Assembly: GCA_034780895.1 (NCBI GenBank)
Contig: JAUZTB010000070.1
Location: forward strand, 26,852,505-26,916,504
Source: Rhynchobatus australiae
Taxonomy: Eukaryota
Reading direction: 5' to 3'
Length of the DNA: 64,000 nucleotides
The notes below the pieces were generated by a model. It ran no database searches. It saw only the letters and a list, made by a program, of their open reading frames with translations, and was not told the origin of the DNA. Below, piece after piece: positions 12,050 to 25,109 of this stretch (within the stretch, counting starts at the first letter, position 1; each line of letters starts with the position of its first letter). A program made the position numbers and the translations under genes.

Positions 12050-13375
12050 GAATCTCACTGGTCTGAGATTCCCACCTGCTTCAAAAGGGCAGCAATTATA
12101 CCCATGCCCAAGAAGAGCAGGGTGAGCTGCCTCAATGACTGTCGCCTGGGTAGCACTCACATCTACCATAATGAAGTGCTTCGAGAGGTTGGTTATGGCC
12201 AGAATTAATTCCTGCCTAAGGACCTGGACCCACTGCAATAGCCCACTGCCGCAACAGGTCTACAGCGGACGTAATCTGACTGGCTCTCCACTCAGCTTTG
12301 GGGCACCTATACAACAGCAAAATATACGTCAGGTTGCTGTTTATTGATGACAGCTCGATGTTCAACATCGTCACCCCCTCAGTATTAAACACCAAGCTTC
12401 AAAACCTGGGCCTCAACCTCCCTCTGATCCTCGACTTCCTTATTGGAGACCACAGTCAGTACAGATGCTTAGCCCACTGCTCTACTCTCTCTACACCCAC
12501 GAGTGTNNNNNNNNNNNNNNNNNNNNNNNNNNNNNNNNNNNNNNNNNNNNNNNNNNNNNNNNNNNNNNNNNNNNNNNNNNNNNNNNNNNNNNNNNNNNNN
12601 NNNNNNNNNNNNNNNNNNNNNNNNNNNNNNNNNNNNNNNNNNNNNNNNNNNNNNNNNNNNNNNNNNNNNNNNNNNNNNNNNNNNNNNNNNNNNNNNNNNN
12701 NNNNNNNNNNNNNNNNNNNNNNNNNNNNNNNNNNNNNNNNNNNNNNNNNNNNNNNNNNNNNNNNNNNNNNNNNNNNNNNNNNNNNNNNNNNNNNNNNNNN
12801 NNNNNNNNNNNNNNNNNNNNNNNNNNNNNNNNNNNNNNNNNNNNNNNNNNNNNNNNNNNNNNNNNNNNNNNNNNNNNNNNNNNNNNNNNNNNNNNNNNNN
12901 NNNNNNNNNNNNNNNNNNNNNNNNNNNNNNNNNNNNNNNNNNNNNNNNNNNNNNNNNNNNNNNNNNNNNNNNNNNNNNNNNNNNNNNNNNNNNNNNNNNN
13001 NNNNNNNNNNNNNNNNNNNNNNNNNNNNNNNNNNNNNNNNNNNNNNNNNNNNNNNNNNNNNNNNNNNNNNNNNNNNNNNNNNNNNNNNNNNNNNNNNNNN
13101 NNNNNNNNNNNNNNNNNNNNNNNNNNNNNNNNNNNNNNNNNNNNNNNNNNNNNNNNNNNNNNNNNNNNNNNNNNNNNNNNNNNNNNNNNNNNNNNNNNNN
13201 NNNNNNNNNNNNNNNNNNNNNNNNNNNNNNNNNNNNNNNNNATCTCATTATTACTTTATTTTGCATTATATATTTATTTTTTGATTTATAGTAATTTTAT
13301 GCCTTTGCACTGTACTGCTGCCGCAAAACAACAAATTTCACGTCATGTAAGTCAGTGATAATAAACCTGATTTTA
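12050..13375 (+). mobile_element. Rex1-type LINE (RT start, N gap, 3' tail)
   Basis: VALTSTIMKCFERLVMARIN and YVRLLFIDDSSMFN RT motifs; tail after the gap matches 10700-10810. Confidence 0.8.
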
Positions 13376-13469
13376 ACACTTGGTTCCTTTAATTCCTCAT
13401 TCTCACTCCTTGATTAAATAATGTGTCCAGCAGGTTTCATGTGTTATGTTCTACAACAACAGATGCAAA

Positions 13470-15010
13470 GTAATTGTTTAAGTCCTCTGCCAATTCTTTA
13501 TTCCCCATTATAAATTCTCCTGCGTCTGTCTTTATTGGGTCTATATTTTCCCTTACTAGTCCTTTTTACATATCTATAAAGGCTGTTACAACCTGCTTTT
13601 ATATTTCTCACCACTCTATTCTCAATACTATCCAGCCTTCTTTTATCCATTTCTTGGTCCTCCTTTGTTGAGTTGTAAAATACTCTCAATCCTCATGCCC
13701 ATTAGATTTTCTGTCAACTTTATAAGCTTCTTCCTATGATTTAAAGTTTAATTTCTCAAAACAGCCACAGATAAATCACTTTTTCTTTTTTTGTGCCTTA
13801 TAGGAATATATCTTTGAAATTTATACATTATTTATTTAAATGCAAACCAGTGCCTGTCTGTCATTATCCCTTTCAATGTATTTTTCCAATCAACCACAGA
13901 CAACTCTCCTCTCAAACTTTCATAGTTAACTTTGTTTAGATTTAAGGCCCTAGTTTCATGTTGAACTATAACACTTTCACACTCAAAGTCAAATTCTATC
14001 ATATTATGCTAACTGTCTGCAAAGACATCTTGACACCTGGACAGCAAGCTTATCATTTAACCCTTTCTAATGGTACAAAGCAGCATCCAAAGTAGCCTAT
14101 ACCCCAGCTGGTTCCTGAACATTGATCTAGAAAAATATTGTATATACATTGCATAAATTCATTTTCCATCTTATTACAGCAAATTAGATTTGTCCAATTA
14201 AAGTCTCTCATTATTTCCCCTGTTACTCTCACCTCTAATTTCCTGATTTACACCACATCCAATATTGCAACTATTATTTGGTGGCCTATAAATAGCTCCT
14301 ACCGATGTTTTCTGTTCTTTGCTATATCTTAAATTGATTCTAATTCTACATCATGGTCAGTCAAGAATGTTTCTCATCACTGCACTGATCTCTTATTAAA
14401 AGCTCCGCACCATCTCCTTTTCCTTTTTTGCCTGTCCTTCCTGGGTACCAAAAGTCCTGGAATATTCACCTTGCAGCCACACTTCTGTCTAGGTCTTCCC
14501 CAGGTTACGAATGCCTGACTTATGGACATCCCATACTTACGAATGAGTGTTTGGGAGACCGGCGGGATGGATCTGGATGCTGCGTGGCTGCAGGGGTTTG
14601 AACGGTGCATTTTCGCATGCCTTCCCTCCCCAGCCCCATCAAGCTGCAAAAATTGGGAGCTGGGGCAAGCTGAGCAGAACTGGGAGCACTAAGCAGACTC
14701 ACTCACTGGGGCAGTGAGGCCAGCTGGCAGCTACCTTTCCTGTGCCTGCTTGCTCTCCTGTCACGGCTGTTTCTGTGATCCTCTCCCACACACTTTTTGT
14801 TCATTTCCAACACGAATAGTTCGGGTTACGGACAGTTCTTAAGAACGGAACCCTGTTAATAACCTGGGGACTTCCTGTAATAACAATGAGATCATACCCA
14901 TTTGCTTCCATTTGTGCCATTAATTCATTTGTATTGTTGTTCATTTGTATTGCAGCAAATGCTGCAAGTCTCCAGATACAGAGCCTTTAAATTTGTCATT
15001 TTAAACATTT
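13470..15010 (-). mobile_element. Old CR1 LINE (endonuclease to linker region), interrupted by a MITE
   Basis: NIKAGCNSLYRYVKR...; VNIPG..RKDRQK (APE-domain motif LNIPGY..RRDR). Confidence 0.6.
14490..14879 (+). mobile_element. TcMar/Tigger-like MITE
   Basis: Imperfect TIRs aggtcttccccaggtta / taacctggggacttcctg followed by TA; ~390 bp; no transposase ORF. Confidence 0.7.
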
Positions 15011-15309
15011 TCCCTTCCTCTTTGCTGCTTGAGTTTGATTTTGCCATCTATTTATTTTGCATACTACTATTCCAATTTTCCCTTGCCACTTTGTTTGCTT
15101 CCTTTCTGTACANNNNNNNNNNTTTGAACCATCTCCAATTGCAATGGCATATCCTTTTCCCTTGTTCTGTTAATTTCCCTGCAATTTATCCGTATTTGAA
15201 TACGTCAAAAATATCTATGAAAGAAAATCACCACTAATTTGAGATGTTTGGCCTTTAAAGTTAAACTGTCTTAATACAGTTTGGATGAAAGCCTCCAGAT
15301 CTTTAACTA

Positions 15310-15700
15310 TGGTCCCATGCCGCGGCGCCTTATGGGAGTTGTAGTTCCGGGCCTTTCCTCCCGACGAGATCAGAGCCTGGAGTGAACGACATCTCCCGCC
15401 GTGCGCCGCGCCGCGAGTTTGCGCAGTCGGGCGGTCCCGTGAGTGCGCGGTTGCCGGAAGGAGGCTGCAGTTAGCTGTGCTAACTTTGAGCGGCTAACGG
15501 TCTGAGGTGAGTGATCCGGTTAATAAATCGTGCTTGAGGTAAAGTATGTGAGCAAACCCCCGGCGGCCGACACCCTCTTCCCCCGCTTTCGTTCGACTGC
15601 TTCACGTATGGCGGTGTGAGGGGTCCACTGACCGTCCTGGCTCCCGCCCAGCACGACGAGGGGGTTGCACAGGGACTGGCAGCGGGGCACCGTCTGAGGT
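15310..15700 (+). promoter_or_regulatory. CpG-island promoter of SCAMP4 (ZNF143/THAP11-type and ETS motifs)
   Basis: Dense CpG in an otherwise CpG-depleted window; TGGGAGTTGTAGT (15333-15345) is the reverse complement of ACTACAnnTCCCA; near-match ACGACATCTCCCG (15386-15398); CCGGAAG at ~15454. Confidence 0.85.
15440..15506 (+). other. SCAMP4: SCAMP4 non-coding exon 1 (5' end approximate)
   Basis: Strong donor GAG|GTGAGT at 15506/15507 inside the CpG island; no other promoter-like island lies before the coding exons. Confidence 0.65.
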
Positions 15701-15714
15701 TAAAAAAAAACCCT

Positions 15715-16185
15715 GCATTTATATAGCAACTTTACCAGGGCCCAGAGCAATTTGCAACCGATAAAGTATTCTGAACGCTAGTCCGGTTGCAGTGAGAAGG
15801 CGGCAGCCGATTTGTGCACAGCAAGCTCCCACAAACAGCATTGCACTCGTGACCTGGTGTTGTGATGAGGGATGCGGGCCACCCTGTGCATATGGGCAGG
15901 GCAATGATTCCCCCACTCTTGAATAAAAGTATGGTGTGGGATTGTTAATATTTTCCCCAAGAGAACAGATTGCACTGTGGATGCTGTCTGACTTGTTGAG
16001 TATTTTATGTATTTGGAAAAGATACAAATGCCCTCATGTTTAAAGTCTCATCTGCAAGATTGCATTGCAGACAATGGTATGTTGGTACTTTCACTGGAGT
16101 CTCAACACAGAATTTTGTGCTCAAATCTCTGGGGTGGGGTCTTGAACCATTTAACTTGGGTGAGGAGTGATGCCACCTGAGCTGT
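15715..16185 (-). mobile_element. Deu-SINE (SacSINE1/AmnSINE-like), near full length
   Basis: Antisense Deu-SINE sequence gcggcagccgatttgtgcacagcaagctcccacaaacagca, ttttgtgctcaaatctctgg..gggtcttgaacc head, tttatatagc tail. Confidence 0.75.
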
Positions 16186-17434
16186 AGTTATTTGTCTCCA
16201 AATGATTGGATTTCCATAGATATAGAGTGGGAATTGTTTGCCCTTCAACTCATTTCCATGAAAGTCCAATCAATCATAGGGGAACTAGGGAGTGATTCTT
16301 ATTGTGAGAGTGCACAGTACATCTTGATTTATAAAAGCAGCTGCATAACAGTTTAATGTTTTCATGCTTGGGCAAGTTTAGGGCATGCCTTTTCTAATTC
16401 CTTTAGTTATCCCATGCTGGCAAATGAAATAAAGGAGAAAGGGGATGTTTTTCAGTTAATAGTTTACTATGACAAATAATTTCATAATACACAGTAATTT
16501 TTTGTCAACAAAACTCCATCTTCCACATCTAATGTGTGGAAAAATCACATTTATCTAATGTTCAACTGCTAATTGGGCGTTGCTGATTTTTAATAATTTT
16601 ACAGTGGTCTAATTGAGTTTGAATAAGGACAATAGTTAACAATTTGCAGTTTGCACAGAATGCAATCAAATTGTGTGTGGATCATAAAGCAATACAGGTC
16701 ATATGGAGTGGAACCAGATGTGAGTGATGTTATTATAGTAAAGATGGTCCTTGTGTGACTTTTAAAACTCTGTTCAGGATCCAGTAGTACTGCTGTTGGG
16801 TAGAGGTTAATATGGCTGGGAAAGATAATTCAACAGCTAAATGCAGATTTTCCATTTTGGATTAAAATGCAGTTATTTTGGCGTTGCTGAGAAACACCTA
16901 ACACAGCTACAATTTAGAGCAATCAGATGATGTGGTAAAGGTTTACAAGAATAAATTTGAATACTATTTACATAAGAGCTAATTGTTGGCTAAGAGGGTG
17001 GCAATTGCTTGCTCATGGAAATCCCCAAAGCAACAGTCTCTGGCTTTCAACATAAAGCAGTCAGAAACGATAAATAATGTTGGGCAAGTTTGTATTAAAA
17101 AGAAAGTACTGCAGAAGCCAGAAATNNNNNNNNNNNNNNNNNNNNNNNNNNNNNNNNNNNNNNNNNNNNNNNNNNNNNNNNNNNNNNNNNNNNNNNNNNN
17201 NNNNNNNNNNNNNNNNNNNNNNNNNTTGGCCCCACATATCAGCTCTCTAAAAGACAATCTAATTAGTCCCTCACTTTCCTTTCTCTCCATTGCCCTATTT
17301 TTTTTAACCCCTTCAAGTATCTAATTCCCTTTTGAAAGTTACTATCAGCACCACACCAGAAACCCACTTTCAGTGGTCACAACTCAATGCAGAATTTATT
17401 GTTCAGTTTTCTTTTGTTGTGTCTTTGAGAAAAC

Positions 17435-17975
17435 TAGATGCTGGAAATCTGAAAAATAAACTGAATACTCTGGAAATACACAACAGTTCAAGCAGCATCT
17501 TTGAAGAAAGAAACAGAATTAATATTTCAGGTTGTTGACTTTGTCCTTCAGTACTACTGGAAGGTGTTGGAGATGAATCATTTTTAAGCTGTGGAAAAAG
17601 TGAGAGAGGTGGGGCAGTGAGCTGGAGGGTATTAAGGGTGGGGGGTAGAGGGGCATGGCAGTGTGGAAAACAGGAGAGATCAAATAATGTGCAAGGCAAA
17701 AGAACAATGGAAAATGTAAACAAAAAAAGATGTGTCGAAAAAAGTGTAAATGAGAGTTTTCAGCTCGATACTAAGACTAGATATAATATGCATTGTGGAA
17801 AGATGAAGTGCTGTTCTTCAAGTTCATTGGAACAGCTTAGATGTCAGGACAGAAATTGGAGTGAGACGGGGTTGGAAAATTAAAGTGACAAGCAAACAAA
17901 GGTTCACTGTCACTCTTGTGAATGGAAAGAAAGTGTGCATGTTAAACAATTATTCACTAAGTGGTCTCCACTGTC
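17435..17975 (-). mobile_element. Old Penelope-like element 3' fragment
   Basis: gatgctggaaatctgaaa...cagcatct terminus followed by a purine-rich segment, the same layout as 29738-31085. Confidence 0.55.
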
Positions 17976-18111
17976 TTTATTATTGGTGGGCCGAATTTAA
18001 TGCAATTAAGATGAATATTTTACCAAAATTTTTGTATTTATTTCAAGCGATTCCAATTTTTGTCCCAAAATCTTTTTTTGACACTATTGATTCTAAAATT
18101 CTTTCATACAT
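17976..18111 (+). mobile_element. L1/Tx1-clade LINE ORF2 fragment
   Basis: NAIKMNILPKFLYLFQAIPIFVPKSFFDTIDSKILS, characteristic of the L1 post-RT region; runs into an N gap. Confidence 0.8.
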
Positions 18112-19819
18112 NNNNNNNNNNNNNNNNNNNNNNNNNNNNNNNNNNNNNNNNNNNNNNNNNNNNNNNNNNNNNNNNNNNNNNNNNNNNNNNNNNNNNNNNN
18201 NNNNNNNNNNNNNNNNNNNNNNNNNNNNNNNNNNNNNNNNNNNNNNNNNNNNNNNNNNNNNNNNNNNNNNNNNNNNNNNNNNNNNNNNNNNNNNNNNNNN
18301 NNNNNNNNNNNNNNNNNNNNNNNNNNNNNNNNNNNNNNNNNNNNNNNNNNNNNNNNNNNNNNNNNNNNNNNNNNNNNNNNNNNNNNNNNNNNNNNNNNNN
18401 NNNNNNNNNNNNNNNNNNNNNNNNNNNNNNNNNNNNNNNNNNNNNNNNNNNNNNNNNNNNNNNNNNNNNNNNNNNNNNNNNNNNNNNNNNNNNNNNNNNN
18501 NNNNNNNNNNNNNNNNNNNNNNNNNNNNNNNNNNNNNNNNNNNNNNNNNNNNNNNNNNNNNNNNNNNNNNNNNNNNNNNNNNNNNNNNNNNNNNNNNNNN
18601 NNNNNNNNNNNNNNNNNNNNNNNNNNNNNNNNNNCCCATCAAAGCATCTTTGCTTGATAACAGATGATCTTCCAAAAAAGAGTAACCTGGACTGGTTAAC
18701 ACACAGACTTCGAAAACTCAATCAGGATGAATCTGAATTGGTGGGGGGGGGGCGCGTGGGTGTTGGATGTTGGATGTTGGATGATGAGTAGCACGAGCAC
18801 AGACTTTGTAGCATAACTTAATTGTAGTAAGACAAGTGCAAGGCTGACATAAGATAGACAAAAATGATAAAAGTTCAATGAGAATTCTGGCACACTCAAA
18901 CTCAGAGATCTAGAGAGCTGATGAGCAGGATTAGCAGATCAAAGGGGAAGTTGAAGACACAACTGTTAATTGAGAGCAGAGTCTGGCAATAAAGGAATGG
19001 CCCCTCAGCCATTCATTCAATACATCACAGAATCATAGGCCGGTTGACCACAAGGCTACTGTGAGTATGCAGGTTTACGCTGGTAATTTAGAGCTGGTAG
19101 GTATTAGAGATCAGCGTCAGCCATTACATCAAGTTATTGTAATCTCTCCACTCAAATGAAAGGAGATCACAGAATAACAAATAAACGTTAGACTAGAATT
19201 TTGTAAGTCCGAGTCAGATTCTTGTTTGGTCAGCTGTAGTTCTATCACTGCCTGGTAGGTTTGGTGGAGACACTCACCCAACAAATGTTTTAAAAGATTG
19301 AGGGAGAAAGACAGAAGACTGGATGGAACATTATGGGGTTGAACACACAGCTGTCAATGTTAAATGAGTCTTTCGGAAAGATGAATATCAAAAATGCCCC
19401 AAGGCAGAAATGGTGGCACTTATATCTGAGAGAATCAGAAGTATGGATGCTCAGGAAACCCACACAGTTAAAGTTAATGGTGAAAATACATGTCAGTATT
19501 GCTCTAATTGAGCAATTAGCATTCAGTAGTTGACACCCAAATTTCCCAAAGGTGTTGTGCACACAGAGCCTAGCACACTACAGTGAAGTGAAGAAGTCAG
19601 GAGATTAGAGCTGGCTTTCACAAAGGCTGTCAATTTAGTCAGTTTTAATCAGCCACCCATTAACATCTGCCACAAGGCTCCTGTGATTTCTTCTTTCAAG
19701 TCTGATTATGATGACAATTTTCACCTATGCTGCCTTGAAATGGATGCAATTTCACAAAAAATTAATGCAATGTTGATGTTTCCTAAGAATTTTTATGCTG
19801 GAGAATGCATCTGCAAAAT

Positions 19820-20495
19820 GAACACGTCAAATCAAGTTATCAAGGAGGAATGGAATACTGGCCTTCATTGCTAGAGGGATTAAATTTAAGAGCAGGGAGG
19901 TTATTGCAACTGTACGGGGTACTGGTGAGTACAGACCTGGAGTACTGCGTGCAGTTCAGGTCTTCTTACTTGAAGAAAGATATACTGGCTTTGGAGGCAG
20001 TGCAGAGCTGGTTCACCAGGTTGATTCCAGAGATGAGGCAGTTAGCCTATGAGGAAAGATTGAGTCACCTGGGACTATACTCACTGGAATTCAGAAGAAT
20101 GAGAGGGGATCTTATAGAAAGATATAACATTATGAAAGGGATAGATAAGATAAAGTCAGGAAGATTGTTTCCACTGGTAGGTGAGACTAGTACTAGGGAA
20201 CATAGCCTGAAGATTCAGTGGAGTAGATTTAGGATAGACATGAGGAGGAACTGCTTTGCCTAGGGAGTAGTGAATCTGTGGAATTCTCTGCCCAAGGAAG
20301 CAACAGAGGCTACCTCATTAAATATATTTAAGACAAAGTTAGATTTTTACATAGTAGGGGAATTAAGGGTTAAGGGGAAATGGGAGGTAGGTGGAGCTGA
20401 GTCAATGGCAAGATCAGCAATGATCTTATTGAATGGCAGAACAGGCTCGACAGGCTAGATGGCCTACTCCTGTTCCTATTTCTTATGTTCTTATG
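19820..20495 (+). mobile_element. CR1-clade LINE 3' fragment
   Basis: LQLYGVLVSTDLEYCVQF..YLKKDILALEAVQSWFTRLIPEM..YEERL..LGLYSLEFRRMRGDLIE; tail ttcttatgttcttatgtt. Confidence 0.9.
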
Positions 20496-20969
20496 TTGGA
20501 ATTTGGGCCACAGCCACACCACATACAGCAACATTAAGAGCATCTGATGACCACAATGAAGATAGTGCACCACTCTCATTACCTAGTTTTTGCTTCACCT
20601 AGACTTTGCACTCCACCCTGTTCTTGGCGCATGCCCTGCCACCTTTGTGTAATTGGACCTGATGTTGAATGTGAAGTTTGTAGCAGTGATGCTGCCAAAA
20701 AGCAGGCTTTCCCAGTTCCCCCAATGCTCACTTGCTCTATAATGGCTGAAGATATAATTTTTAGACCTCCAAAACCCCAATAGAGTTGACATCATGTCTG
20801 ATTTCCTTGCAAGTTGAGAGTATAGAACATTAGCTGCAGACACTAAATTGATCAATCATCAAATTTAACTGTGGAATAACAAGACTTGCACTTATAATAA
20901 ACAGAAATTGCAGGAAATAGGCAGCATCTATAGAGAGGGAAGCAGAGTTTTATTGTTTATTTTTCAAGG

Positions 20970-21638
20970 TTTCAAGTTGTTTTGAAATACTTCAGCCAAA
21001 TAAATTATTTTGTGGTCTAGTTGCTATAGGAAATGCAGCAGCCAGCTTCTACAAACTGCAATGTGCTGAAGGCCAGTTAATCTATCTTTGAAGTTGATTG
21101 AAAGAGAAATATTGACTGGAACACTGGATTAACTACCCTACGTTATTTAACAAATACTGCCATGAGATCTTTTGCACATACCTGAAAGGGTAGGCTGATA
21201 CTTGGTTTAATGTTTCATTTGATAGTGCAGTAAAACTCCAATAATCCAACACTTGAAACTGCTGGGCTTGCATATTTTTCTGGACTATTGGATGTTATTC
21301 TTGATTAATACTCAACACACTTTTAATTTTGCTTCTCTTTGAGTTATTCAGTTTTCCAGGGGACTTGATGAGTTTAACAGGAGCCCTGGTGTTTAAAGAT
21401 AGTGAGAAATGGGGCCCCATTGAGTTTTTAGGGAGCACAGGAAACAGCAACCAGTGAGTTAATGCTGAACCATTGGAATTTCTGAACAATGGGATTGCAG
21501 ATTATTCAAGTTTTACTGCACAATGTTGCCTTGATACTGCAATGGACTGTCAGCCTCATCACTTGTGCTCAAAGTTTCTAGAATGCAACAGTGTCTAACT
21601 TAGAGGCGTGAGTGCCACTCACTGAGCTGTGGCTGACA
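20970..21638 (-). mobile_element. Decayed Deu-SINE (SacSINE1-like), split into 20970-21230 and 21520-21638
   Basis: ggaaatgcagcagcc..., tgccatgagatcttttgcacatacctgaaaggg, and head tgtcagcct...gtgctcaa...actgagctgtggctgaca. Confidence 0.6.
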
Positions 21639-23274
21639 GATGTGCAAAGGATATTTCAGAATCTGACTGTTCATGAGTTATCTATATTACCACACATTAT
21701 CCTATAGTCAGTGAGCAATGACTAGACCAGCAACATGATTAAATCTAATTCATTAAGTTTTGCGCCATTTGCAACTTGTTTGTTAGGTTGTGGTGATGCC
21801 TCATCTATTATTTAATGCAGTTGATACAATAGTATAATACCATTGGTGATTAATGTGTCTGTTCTCCTTTTCCTATTCTTTCTGTAGTTTGACCCAGGGA
21901 GAACTGTAACGGACATTTGAAACAATTATCTAATGTAGGCTGCAAATTTTACTGAGAGATGGTTGGTTCCATGGACTTTGTGTGATATTCTTTTCTCATT
22001 GCATTACTGAGTTACTAAGAATGTTTGTAAATGTGTAATGTAACATTTTAATTTTTTTTCCATTCTGTAGTGTAGCTTTATACAATTAGTACTTATTGTA
22101 ATGTAATAATGGATGTGATTTTAAGTTTTTAATACAAAGGTATGAATTTTAGGGTTTGATATTAAGACCAAAGCACTACTTGATTACAAGATCTGTAGGT
22201 CTTTTTTTTAAATGTTAACTTATCTTTGTAAAAAAAAGGAATTGATCTGATAACCTGACAGACAAATGCTAGTTGGAAGCAATTTGCAAAAGTCTGAATA
22301 TGTGGCTGCAATATGATGGTAGAGTGTAGATAATGTGTATTAGCTTTAGAACGTGTGCACAGATCCATTATCTGTCTAACCACAGAACAATATTTGATGG
22401 TCTTTGTCAATTTCAACATCTGCTTTGTAATCTGAACCTCCAAGATGGGTGGAAGTGTCTGAAAACAGCATTTTTTCGATGGCACTAGGTTAGAAAAACA
22501 TCTCTAGGCATATAACATAGGCAAAATCAGACGAAATTTGATGGTGACCAAAGTCTTGGTCAAAGTAGTGTGTTTTTGGGGAAAGGATATAGATGAAGAC
22601 TTTCGAGAGGACTACATGCAGTTATAGAAGTTGCATGNNNNNNNNNNNNNNNNNNNNNNNNNNNNNNNNNNNNNNNNNNNNNNNNNNNNNNNNNNNNNNN
22701 NNNNNNNNNNNNNNNNNNNNNNNNNNNNNNNNNNNNNNNNNNNNNNNNNNNNNNNNNNNNNNNNNNNNNNNNNNNNNNNNNNNNNNNNNNNNNNNNNNNN
22801 NNNNNNNNNNNNNNNNNNNNNNNNNNNNNNNNNNNNNNNNNNNNNNNNNNNNNNNNNNNNNNNNNNNNNNNNNNNNNNNNNNNNNNNNNNNNNGGGGAAA
22901 AAAGTCAGAGGGTAAAACCTTTATGTAATGCTTGAGTGGAAATAAATTTATCAGTTGATCATTTGCTATCTAAAAAGAAATGCCTTCTCGGTTAATCAAA
23001 AGTTCATTAAGTTTCTTTTGTGTGTCATCCACTTGCATTTATTAATAATTTTACAAGCTATCCATGAACCACATGATTAGTCAGGATACTGCAGCTGCTG
23101 ATTTCAAAGAAAAATAGTTGGGTTCTGTAAAGGTCCTGATATTACTATCGAAGAACAACATGAAATTGCCTTGCCAGGATTATATCAGAAGCTGTTTCTA
23201 CCAAATAAGTGATTCCTTTAAATATATTGATATGCTAGGATCAATATTACAGACCGGAAAGGACAGAAGAGTAA

Positions 23275-23700
23275 CAGAGCTGCATAGTGTACAGACAGGC
23301 CCTTTGGTCCACTGCGTCAAATGTTGACCTTCACGTTATCTATACTAATCTTGATTGCCAGCATTAATTCCATATCCTTCTGTTCCTTGCTCATTGAAGG
23401 TCCTTTTATAGATGTCTCTTAAATATTGCTAGTTCCTGCCTCCACCACCACCTCTGGCAGCTCATTCCAGATACCAACTGCTTTTTTGTGTGGAAAATAA
23501 TTTTTCTCCTCAGATTCCCTTTAAACCTCCTCACTCGCACCTTAAATCTATGTGTCTAGTATTAGACACTCCTACCATGGGAAACAGGTGCTGGTGATCT
23601 ACCTGATCTGTGCCTGTCATAATTTTATCCTATGTCACCTCTCAGCCTCATTTGCACCAGGGAAAACAGACCCAGCCTATCTCATCTATTTTATAACTCA
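23275..23700 (-). mobile_element. CR1-clade LINE 3' fragment
   Basis: Antisense CR1 3' end (acaggccctt...; cctccaccacc.ctctggcagctcattccagata; caccttaaatctatg). Confidence 0.75.
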
Positions 23701-25109
23701 GCCAACATAATCAAAGACCCCTTGCGTTTCAATTATTAATGAGGCACCAAAGTTTTATTCCAAAATTTTTAACGTGGAAATGAAGACTGCAGTGCAGTTG
23801 TCCAGATCACTTTGGTACACATGCTTTGTACTTTCAAAATTGATGACAACAAATACAAGTAAATTGAATTGTTCTCTGTGCTTGTTTTTTTGGTTGCCCT
23901 GGAAGTTCTCTCTACCACTGTTTAGTATTAGAACTAATATTGGTTTTACTGTATTTGGAAAATTACTATGTCTTTACTGTCTAGGTACTGTCATGACAAT
24001 GAGCAAATTTTATTCCTGTGTTTAAAATTGATCCAGAATATTGCCGATATAAAATAAAAATGTAGTGCATAGAAATATCCTAGTATGGCAGGTTGTAATG
24101 TTATTTAAAAGACTTAATTTTAAATAGTGTGGATTAGAAGGCTTTGTGAATTGTGATCTTGTACATCCAAACTAAGGATATATATGACATGCAATGTTTT
24201 GCTTATTCAGTTTGAAATATAGCACGAAAGATGAACAGATGGTTTATCTGACTGATGAGCCACATTCTGCAGGCACCACTCTGATTACAGCAGATTGCAA
24301 GAAGCGCATATCTTAAAATTAGATTAATTTTGTGATTACTGGAAAAAAGGTTGCTTAAGATAAAGAATAATGTCCTTTGAAGCCAATATATAGCAGTATC
24401 ATTTGCATTATCCATCATCTGGGCTTGCTTATATGAGAGCTGACCATACCTTTAATCGTGATTAGTCTAGAAATTAGGGAAATTATCAAAAAGTTATTTA
24501 TTTGTGTAAATGTTGCTTGTCCATTTATCTTTGAACTCTTTGCCTTCTGTGTTGTGGAACTGTGGAGAATTTTAGTTATAATAGAAGCATCTTGAGTCAA
24601 AATTTAAAAGTGAGACCGCTTCCTTTTTAAGATTTGGAATGTTTTCAACATGTTGCAAATACCTTGAATATAAATAGAGAACCATTTGTTGTGTATTATA
24701 AAAATTGGCAGTTTGTTATTAAACTTTTGTATTCTTCAAAGTAATGTTTCCATTGATACATTTTAATTAGAAAATATCAGAAACCTCATGCACTAGTAGG
24801 ATTTCCTATGTATAAATGTGTGACTTCATTGAAAGATGCTGGGAAGCTTAAAAATAAAATCAACTGTGCTGCTCGGTTTTCCATCTTTTGCCCAGGCATG
24901 TACTAATTTCGATTGTTCTGGATCTCCACTTCTGTGAATTGGCTACTGGAAGGCTCACCAGGACTTTTTTTCACAGAGGGCATATTAGTCTCTGCCTCTT
25001 CCAGAAATGAAACTGAGATGAGAAACCTGGCTGTATTAAAGACATCAATGCAGGCTTTCCCATCATGGGATGATGCAAGTGGTACTGCAGCACGGGTGGT
25101 GATTAGTCA

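Noticed and set aside
12298-13358. Long ORFs of 260-330 aa (also 17861-18791, 22593-22928, 29825-30299)
   Set aside because: They are artefacts of N runs translated as X; the real parts are LINE or PLE fragments.
20547-20783. ORF containing PCHLC, resembling a deaminase PCxxC motif, in the intron where ADAT3 is expected
   Set aside because: The surrounding residues do not resemble ADAT3 (no TREPC.MCAMALVH, no HAV motif), and the ORF is only 78 aa.
24085-24097. Alternative SCAMP4 start exon candidate ATGGCAG|gttgta
   Set aside because: Weak donor and no good acceptor nearby; 28618-28624 with gtgggt is the better fit.
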